From an uncultured delta proteobacterium (lineage in GTDB: Bacteria > Desulfobacterota > Desulfobacteria > Desulfobacterales > Desulfatirhabdiaceae), in assembly GCA_963789395.1 (NCBI GenBank), contig CAWBKP010000011.1, positions 160,001 to 224,000 of the forward strand: DNA of 64,000 nucleotides, read 5' to 3'. Made by a program: the position numbers and the translations under genes. The number at the start of each line of letters is the position of its first letter. The stretch's first letter is position 1. This document shows positions 57,212 to 64,000 of this stretch, one piece after another. The notes under the pieces are model-generated. The model saw only the letters and a list, made by a program, of their open reading frames with translations. It made no database searches and was not told where the DNA came from.

Positions 57212-59509
57212 ATGTTCCGCTGGAAACTCATAGGTATCCTCTCCACCGCACTGATCGTAATCGCGATACCACTTTCGGTCGTGAAACAGCATTACAGTGC
57301 AGGCCGGCCCCATCCGGACGCTGTCGCCGATTTTGTCGGCAGCGAGAAATGCCGGGCCTGCCATCAGCCGGAATATGAACTGTGGAAAGGCTCCAATCAC
57401 TTTCATGCCATGGAAGTCGCCTCCGATGCCAGCGTACGCGGGGATTTCAACGATGCCGTTTTTGAACACTTGGGCATCGTCTCCCGATTCTACCGCAAGG
57501 ACAGTAAATTCTTTGTCCATACCCAGGGTCCGGAAGGCGTTATGGGGGACTTCGAGATCACCCATACCTTCGGCTGGAATCCGCTCCAGCAGTACCTGAT
57601 TCCGTTTCCCGGGGGCCGGATGCAGTGCCTGCCCATTGCCTGGGATGTGAAAGCCGGGCGGTGGTATCACCTGAATCCCGACAGGCCGATATCCCCCAAA
57701 GACTGGCTGTATTGGACCAATGCGGCAATGAACTGGAACGGGATGTGCGCCACCTGCCATTCCACCAACCTGAAAAAGAACTACCATATCCAGACCGATA
57801 CGTACCAGACCACCTGGTCGGACATCAGCGTCGGCTGCGAAGCCTGCCACGGACCGGGGTCCAGGCATGTCAAATGGGCCGAGCTTCCGGACATGGCCCG
57901 GCAGTCCGTTGTAAATTATGACCTTGCGGTCCGCACCTCCGGGCTGAAGTCGCGCGAGCTGGTGGAACTGTGCGCGCCCTGCCATTCCCGCCGGACGAGC
58001 CTGGGGGATTACACCCATATCGAAGCGGACCTTCTGGATACCATGCTGCCGACCCTACTCTTACGGGATTTATATTTCCCCGACGGTCAGATCCTGGAAG
58101 AGGTGTATGCCTACGCCTCGTTTGTTCAAAGCAAGATGTATGCACGGGATGTACGCTGCAGCGACTGCCACAATGTCCACAGCATCAAGCGCGTGAAGGA
58201 AGGCAACAGCCTGTGCCTTCAGTGCCATCGGGCAAGCGACTACGACACCCGTCAGCATCATTTTCACAAGAAAACAGGTGAAAAAGGCGACCCCATCAAA
58301 TCCGCGGACGGCCGAGTCCTGTTTGAAATCGGAACCGGAGCCGAGTGCGTACAATGCCACATGCCCGGAAGATATTACATGGGGGTGCATTACCGGCTGG
58401 ATCACAGCATCCGGATCCCCCGGCCGGATCTGTCCATCAAGCTCGGTGTGCCGGACACCTGCATCCGATGCCACCGGGACAAAACCAGCCGATGGTCCGA
58501 CGAAACCATCACCAAGTGGTATGGACCGGGACGCCGCCCCCATTACGGAGAAATCATTCAGGCCGGGCGAAACCGGCAGCCCGGTGCCGATAAAGACCTG
58601 ATCCGCTTATCAGGAGATCCGCTTTACCCGGTAATCGTCCGCGCAACCGCGCTGGAGCTGCTGGACGCATATTCCGGAGACGTCACCAATGACGCGATGG
58701 AGCGCGCGCTGATGGACAGCGAGGCCCTGATCCGCCGCACGGCAGTCAGCCATTTACAGAATCCCGACCCGAAACGCAATGTCCGGTTGATCGCACCGCT
58801 CCTCTATGACCCGGTAAAGGCGGTTCGGATCGATGCCGCATCCCGACTGGCAGGCCAACCGAGCCGTCTGCTCACGGACGATCAGCGCCGCGTGTTCGAG
58901 GATACCCTCAAGGAATATATCGCCGCCATGGAGTACTCCGGGGATTTTGCTTTCGGCCGCTACAACCTCGGAAACCTTTACGTCGCCCTGGATGAGCCGC
59001 AAAAAGCAATTGCGAGCTTTCGTGCGGCCATTAAAATCGATGACCTGTCTTATCCAGCCAAGGTAAACCTGGCCATGCTCTACACCCAACTGGGCCGGAA
59101 TCCCGAAGCCGAAACGCTGCTGACCGAGGTTGTCAAGGCCTATCCGGAACTTTATGATGTCCAGTACTCCCTGGGGCTGCTGCTGGCCGAGGAAAAGAAA
59201 TATCTCGAGGCCGAACAGCATCTGGCGATCGCAGCAAAGGGTATCCCCGATGAATCGCGGGTGCACTACAACCTCGGGGTTCTCTACGATTTTCTTGGCA
59301 GGGACCAGCAGGCTGAAGTGGCGCTGAGCCGGGCATCCGAAATCGAGCCGAACAACATGGACTACCTGCAGGCTCTGGCCCAGCACTTCCTGAAACAGGA
59401 AAATTTTACCGCTGCCGGCAAAATCGCCGACAGAATGATCGCCCGGCATCCCGAAGACCCAAGGGGATCGGAGCTGAAGCGTTTTTTGCAGCAAAAAACG
59501 AAGAAATGA
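57212..59509 (+). CDS. octaheme c-type cytochrome with HEAT-like and TPR repeats
   Basis: N-terminal hydrophobic signal/anchor; eight CxxCH motifs (CRACH, CATCH, CEACH, CAPCH, CSDCH, CLQCH, CVQCH, CIRCH); HEAT-like VRATAL, IRRTAV, VRIDAA; TPR-like YNLG, YSLG. Confidence 0.9.
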   Translation: MFRWKLIGILSTALIVIAIPLSVVKQHYSAGRPHPDAVADFVGSEKCRACHQPEYELWKGSNHFHAMEVASDASVRGDFNDAVFEHLGIVSRFYRKDSKFFVHTQGPEGVMGDFEITHTFGWNPLQQYLIPFPGGRMQCLPIAWDVKAGRWYHLNPDRPISPKDWLYWTNAAMNWNGMCATCHSTNLKKNYHIQTDTYQTTWSDISVGCEACHGPGSRHVKWAELPDMARQSVVNYDLAVRTSGLKSRELVELCAPCHSRRTSLGDYTHIEADLLDTMLPTLLLRDLYFPDGQILEEVYAYASFVQSKMYARDVRCSDCHNVHSIKRVKEGNSLCLQCHRASDYDTRQHHFHKKTGEKGDPIKSADGRVLFEIGTGAECVQCHMPGRYYMGVHYRLDHSIRIPRPDLSIKLGVPDTCIRCHRDKTSRWSDETITKWYGPGRRPHYGEIIQAGRNRQPGADKDLIRLSGDPLYPVIVRATALELLDAYSGDVTNDAMERALMDSEALIRRTAVSHLQNPDPKRNVRLIAPLLYDPVKAVRIDAASRLAGQPSRLLTDDQRRVFEDTLKEYIAAMEYSGDFAFGRYNLGNLYVALDEPQKAIASFRAAIKIDDLSYPAKVNLAMLYTQLGRNPEAETLLTEVVKAYPELYDVQYSLGLLLAEEKKYLEAEQHLAIAAKGIPDESRVHYNLGVLYDFLGRDQQAEVALSRASEIEPNNMDYLQALAQHFLKQENFTAAGKIADRMIARHPEDPRGSELKRFLQQKTKK

Positions 59510-59677
59510 CGCATGGATATACAGTCGATAGCCGGACCCGATCGCAACACCGCAAAAAGTCATTCTAAGCCATTAAACCGCTCCTTGCGCATTTATAATG
59601 AAATTCCAAAGGGATGCCGCTTCCCAGACCGAGTGAATGGATGAAGCGCTATTCACCATTTTGAACATTACCAAATG

Positions 59678-59720
59678 GTAATCTTCCGATCATCTTCCCG
59701 TAAGCTTCCCTGCCTATAAT
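59678..59720 (+). promoter_or_regulatory. triple 11-bp direct repeat plus -10 box upstream of degQ
   Basis: GTAATCTTCCG / ATCATCTTCCC / GTAAGCTTCCC followed by TATAAT at 59715. Confidence 0.5.
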
Positions 59721-59770
59721 GGGTTCAACAACCGGGCACTTGCCCCCCATTCACACAAGGAGGATTTACC

Positions 59771-61228
59771 ATGAAATCGCAGAAAAATTTTAAATCCATT
59801 TTCATCGCCCTGCTTCTGGCAGGGACCATCATCGGAATCGGCTTCGGGATAACACCGGCATCAAAAGCCAATGAACCTTCAATAGCCCAGGCCCCCGTCG
59901 TCTCAAGCAGCGTTCCGATGGTTCCGGGCAATTTCAGCCAGATCGCCGACCAAGTCAGGGCCGGAGTGGTCAATATTCAGGTCAGCAAAAAGGTCAGCAA
60001 TGCGGAATTTCCGAGTTCCCGGGGAAATCCCTTCGGAGACCGGAATCCATTCGGAGAATTTTTCGGACCTTTCGGGGGCAACCAGCCCGAGAGAAAACAG
60101 CAGGGAGTAGGGACCGGATGCATCATCAGCCAGGACGGGTTCATCCTGACCAACAATCATGTGGTTGAAGGCGCGGATCAGATCAAGGTCAAGACGTCTG
60201 ACGGAAAGGAATTTGACGGACGCATCATCGGCCGGGACCCCAAGACCGATCTTGCACTGGTCAAGATCGACGGTGCATCGGATCTTAAACCCCTGAAGCT
60301 TGGTGATTCGGATGCACTGAATGTGGGCAACTGGGTGGTTGCCGTCGGCAGCCCTTTTGGCCTGGAACAGACGGTTACCGCTGGGATCGTCAGCGCCAAG
60401 GGGCGGGTGATCGGCTCCGGGCCCTATGACAATTTTATCCAGACCGATGCTTCCATCAACCCCGGCAACAGCGGCGGCCCCCTGATCAATATGCAGGCGG
60501 AAGTGGTGGGCATCAACACGGCCATTATCGCTTCCGGACAGGGGATCGGTTTTGCGATTCCGATCAACATGGCCAAGGAAATTGCTCCCCAGCTCCAGAA
60601 AACCGGTCATGTGACACGAGGCCTTCTGGGTGTCAATATTCAGGATTTGACACCGGAGCTGGCAAAATCATTCGGGCTCAAGGATACCCATGGGGCACTG
60701 GTTGCCAAAGTGGTTCCGGACGGTCCGGCAGATAAAGCAGGAATATTGCAGGGGGATGTGGTCGTGAAGTTCAACGGCCAGCAGGTCATGGGCGCCAAGG
60801 ATCTGTCGCGGATCGTCGCAGGGACCCCTGTTGGGGAAACCGTGACGGTTCAAGTGATCCGGGAAGGCAAAACGGTTGACATCCAGGCAAAAGTCGGAGA
60901 AATGGAAGATGAGGGTGCAACTGCATCGGAAAAGGATGCTTCCCATAAAACGCTTGGCGTTTCCGTGCAGAATCTGACGCCTCAAATTGCCGGAGAACTC
61001 GGCCTGAAGGATACCGCCGGCATTGTGGTCACAAACGTTGCACCCGGAAGTGCGGCTGCCGAAGCCATGATCCGGACAGGAGACGTCATTAAAGAGATCA
61101 ACCGCAAACCGGTCAAGAACGTCGATGATTTTATGCAGAAAATCGATAAGACAAAAGCCGGGGATACGCTGCTGCTTCTGATCGAAAGAGAGCAGAACAG
61201 TTTGTTTGTAACGATAACCCTCAAATAA
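59771..61228 (+). CDS. degQ: DegQ/HtrA serine endoprotease with two PDZ domains
   Basis: TNNHVV, DLAL, QTDASINPGNSGGPL, two PDZ domains; AAGGAGG RBS. Confidence 0.93.
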   Translation: MKSQKNFKSIFIALLLAGTIIGIGFGITPASKANEPSIAQAPVVSSSVPMVPGNFSQIADQVRAGVVNIQVSKKVSNAEFPSSRGNPFGDRNPFGEFFGPFGGNQPERKQQGVGTGCIISQDGFILTNNHVVEGADQIKVKTSDGKEFDGRIIGRDPKTDLALVKIDGASDLKPLKLGDSDALNVGNWVVAVGSPFGLEQTVTAGIVSAKGRVIGSGPYDNFIQTDASINPGNSGGPLINMQAEVVGINTAIIASGQGIGFAIPINMAKEIAPQLQKTGHVTRGLLGVNIQDLTPELAKSFGLKDTHGALVAKVVPDGPADKAGILQGDVVVKFNGQQVMGAKDLSRIVAGTPVGETVTVQVIREGKTVDIQAKVGEMEDEGATASEKDASHKTLGVSVQNLTPQIAGELGLKDTAGIVVTNVAPGSAAAEAMIRTGDVIKEINRKPVKNVDDFMQKIDKTKAGDTLLLLIEREQNSLFVTITLK

Positions 61229-61236
61229 CATGTTGC

Positions 61237-61268
61237 CCCGGCCGGCAGGAAATTTCCTGCCGGCCGGG
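61237..61268. terminator. perfect 32-bp palindrome after degQ
   Basis: CCCGGCCGGCAGGAAA|TTTCCTGCCGGCCGGG. Confidence 0.6.
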
Positions 61269-61299
61269 CTATGCACTGTGTTTTATTCACTGTCATTAT

Positions 61300-61434
61300 T
61301 GATGATAGCGCAAGAAGTCGTCCCACCGGTGAAAACCGGTGTCCAGTCTCTCAGCAACTATCTAAAAACACTGGATTCCGGCTTTCGCCGGAATGACGAG
61401 CTGTCGTTATTTTTGACTTTTTGCCAGATCATCA
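61300..61434. mobile_element. MITE-like element with a REP-like core and 4-bp target duplication
   Basis: TIRs TGATGATAGCGCAAGAAGTC / GACTTTTTGCCAGATCATCA, TTAT on both flanks; core CACCGGTGAAAACCGGTGTCCAG...CTGGATTCCGGCTTTCGCCGGAATGAC. Confidence 0.75.
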
Positions 61435-61454
61435 TTATTGAGTTATCATGTAAT

Positions 61455-61596
61455 CAATGTCATTGACATTCGGAATATCTCAAGAAAATCCCCCTTAGGA
61501 AAAAGGGGGATTTAGGGGGATTTTCAGCGGTTGCACGAAATCCCCCCTGGCCCCCTTTCCAAAGGGGGGAATTTGTTCCGTAATTTAATGACAGTG
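61455..61596. mobile_element. second MITE-like element containing C5/G5 hairpins
   Basis: 21-bp imperfect TIRs (16/21 match) CAATGTCATTGACATTCGGAA / TTCCGTAATTTAATGACAGTG; internal CCCCCTT..AAGGGGG hairpins. Confidence 0.55.
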
Positions 61597-61714
61597 ATCC
61601 TGTATTTGCGGAGTTAAGCCAACGGGATACGGTCACTGCCGATATTCGGGCTGTAAAATCAATTCCGGATCACAATGGAATTAACAGACTGAAAAAGGAA
61701 GGGTTCTCAGATTT

Positions 61715-63667
61715 ATGGGACTGATTAAACGTTCACTGTGGAAACGTTTCGTAGCCATTGCCCAGCCTTATTTTTTCCCGGACATCCGCTGCGGCGGCTG
61801 GGCCATGCTCCTGTTGCTGATCATGCTGCTCGGTTTTCTTTTCGGCGTTCTCTTTTTGATCGTCTCCGGGATGACATTTGCGGCAAATCATGTTGCACCG
61901 GATCTGACTGCAAAGATTGCTTCCGGTCTGTTATCCATGATTACAGGGATTTTCAATTCCAAGGCATGGCTGATAGTTGCAGGCATGTTAATTGTCCCCG
62001 TGGGCGTGTTCGTATTGTTCGGCCGCCACATCCGCAGCCGCAGGCAGGCCTGGGTGCTGCTTGCCACCGTTTTGGTCCTGTCTCTTTCCGTCACAGGCAT
62101 TAATGTCGCCTTCAGTTATATCGCCAATTACTTCACCAATGCCCTGGTGCAAAAAAATCAGGATCTGTCCTATCTCTTTGTCGTCGTCTATTTTTGCGGT
62201 TTCATGGTCGGCATTCCCATCGTCGCCTTTTATGGCTACGTACAGAGTTATCTGGGAATGCGCTGGCGGGAATGGCTGACCGATGAATTCCTGAAAAAGT
62301 ATTTTTCCAATCGCAGTTATTACGAAATAGAATCCCATGCACAGATAGACAATCCGGATCAGCGTATCATGGAGGATATCCGTTCATTTACCCGGACATC
62401 GCTCGGGTTTCTGCTGATCATCCTGGGGTCGCTCATGGACCTGGTCTCCTTTACCGGCATTCTCTGGTCAAAGTCCGTGCTGCTTGTCGGCGTCGTGCTG
62501 GGCTACTCGCTGGTGGGAACACTGCTGACCGTTTTGATCGGCCGGCGCCTTGTCGGCCTTAATTTCAATCAACTGCATTACGAGGCGGACTTTCGGTATT
62601 CTCTGGTGCATGTGCGGGACAATGCCGAATCGATTGCCTTTTACCAGGGAGAAAAACCGGAGATCGCGCAGATCGGGGATCGATTCAGAAAAGTCCTCGG
62701 GAATTTCAATCTGCTCATCGGCTGGCAGCGGAATCTGTCGCTTTTTACCACAGCCTACAGTTACCTGCCCGTTGTGCTGCCTTTTCTGGTGTTGTTCCCG
62801 CAATATTTCGCAGGTCAGATCGAGTATGGAGACATGGTGCAGGCCAATTTCGCCTTCAGCCAGATTTATGCGGCACTTTCTCTGATCGTGTCTCAAATGG
62901 AGCAGATCACCAATTTTGCAGCCGGGGTCGAGCGCTTGTCGACCTTCGCCGATGCCGTCACGCCGACACCGGAGCCGGTCCCCGGCATCATAACCGATGC
63001 GGCCGACCGGTTTGTCCTGACGGATGTCACGCTCCTTACGCCCAACAGGAACCGGACCCTGTTCCATGGCCTTACCGTGGATTTAAGTGACAAGGACAAT
63101 CTGGTTGTCGTCGGCCAGAGCGGGGTCGGGAAAAGCTCGCTCCTTCGCGCCATCGCCGGCTTGTGGACGCAAGGCTCCGGGGAGATCCTGCGCCCGGCCC
63201 TGCAGGAAATATACTTTCTGCCCCAAAGACCATACATGCTGCTTGGCTCTCTAAAGGATCAGCTCCTCTATCCCCGGATGCAGCAGGAGATACCGGAAGA
63301 AGAGCTGCGGCGCGTTCTTCAGTGTGTCAACCTGGCGGATCTGCCGGAGAGATCAGGCGGATTTGAAGCGGAACTGGTCTGGGCGGATGTCCTGTCCCTG
63401 GGAGAGCAGCAACGGCTGGCCTTTGCCCGTCTGTTTATCAACCGTCCCGGGTTTGCCGTTCTGGATGAAGCCACCAGCGCGCTGGACAACGAAAACGAAG
63501 CAGCGCTCTACGGAAAACTGCAGGAGCTTGGCATCCATTACATCAGCGTCGGCCACCGAACCAGCATCCTGGATTATCACAATTATGTACTGGAATTGCG
63601 GGGACAGGACAAATGGCAACTGATGAGTGTCGCTGAATACAAGACAAAAGCCGGAATACCGGCATAA
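61715..63667 (+). CDS. ABC transporter, fused permease/ATPase of the ABCD/YddA/BacA-like type
   Basis: IDNPDQRI, EADFRYSLVHVRDNAESIAFY, GQSGVGKS, FLPQRPY, LSLGEQQR, LDEATSALD, SVGHR. Confidence 0.92.
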   Translation: MGLIKRSLWKRFVAIAQPYFFPDIRCGGWAMLLLLIMLLGFLFGVLFLIVSGMTFAANHVAPDLTAKIASGLLSMITGIFNSKAWLIVAGMLIVPVGVFVLFGRHIRSRRQAWVLLATVLVLSLSVTGINVAFSYIANYFTNALVQKNQDLSYLFVVVYFCGFMVGIPIVAFYGYVQSYLGMRWREWLTDEFLKKYFSNRSYYEIESHAQIDNPDQRIMEDIRSFTRTSLGFLLIILGSLMDLVSFTGILWSKSVLLVGVVLGYSLVGTLLTVLIGRRLVGLNFNQLHYEADFRYSLVHVRDNAESIAFYQGEKPEIAQIGDRFRKVLGNFNLLIGWQRNLSLFTTAYSYLPVVLPFLVLFPQYFAGQIEYGDMVQANFAFSQIYAALSLIVSQMEQITNFAAGVERLSTFADAVTPTPEPVPGIITDAADRFVLTDVTLLTPNRNRTLFHGLTVDLSDKDNLVVVGQSGVGKSSLLRAIAGLWTQGSGEILRPALQEIYFLPQRPYMLLGSLKDQLLYPRMQQEIPEEELRRVLQCVNLADLPERSGGFEAELVWADVLSLGEQQRLAFARLFINRPGFAVLDEATSALDNENEAALYGKLQELGIHYISVGHRTSILDYHNYVLELRGQDKWQLMSVAEYKTKAGIPA

Positions 63668-63752
63668 GAAATGCACCATCTCTGGCGGTCTGTAATTGGA
63701 CATTGATACCGGCATGCCGAAGTGACGGCCTGGATTGCCTCCTGCTGGCAGG

Positions 63753-64000
63753 TTAATTATCCAAGCCTTCCCGCATGGCTGCTTTTTCAAGTCTACTATC
63801 AAAACATGAAAATACGACAGAAGTGGAAACTTCCCGGTGGAGTAGCAGGGCTGAAGCCAAATGGATTGCATCAAAACCCCTTAAGGCATGTTTTTCAGCA
63901 AGGTTTCCAGCCAGTTTTACCATATCCTGCGTGATGTTCAAAATGAAATAATTCCGCCAATCCTTATCAAAAAACGCTTTTAAGCGGTCATGATCGTCTG
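63753..64000 (-). CDS. VapC-family PIN-domain toxin, C-terminal part (5' end outside the window)
   Basis: Frame is open to the window edge: ...AEKHALRGFDAIHLASAL...SCFDSRLEKAA..EG. Confidence 0.8.
   Translation of the reverse strand, partial: DDHDRLKAFFDKDWRNYFILNITQDMVKLAGNLAEKHALRGFDAIHLASALLLHREVSTSVVFSCFDSRLEKAAMREGLDN

Overview
Bacterial chromosomal window. Gene content and style suggest Desulfobacterota/Deltaproteobacteria (inference; no marker gene is present). Bases 1-12.3 kb are mostly housekeeping: futalosine-pathway mqnD/mqnB with a TetR regulator, tRNA-Leu(CAG), ribF, def-fmt-rsmB, galE, a Lon-family protease, rsmE and tRNA-Phe(GAA). Downstream of tRNA-Phe the content is accessory: gene remnants, a perR-katG module, a sugar ABC/dehydrogenase/gnd cluster, trkH-trkA, assorted enzymes including a plant-type methionine gamma-lyase, a DUF3300/DUF2950/Rap1a/porin/ion-transport cluster, degQ, an ABCD/YddA-type transporter and a partial VapC. 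Two features stand out. (i) A histidine kinase - cytochrome b - Rieske - octaheme cytochrome c/HEAT/TPR gene run. (ii) A four-helix-bundle (IVP/Avd-like) gene inside that run, bracketed by ~59-bp inverted arms made of heptamer repeats; an ORF-less copy of the same arms at 43.0-43.3 kb holds a nested MITE and REP-like element. More than 20 genes carry 1-bp frameshifts, most likely long-read consensus errors, so coordinates of split genes are reconstructed. All family calls come from motif recognition, not database searches.
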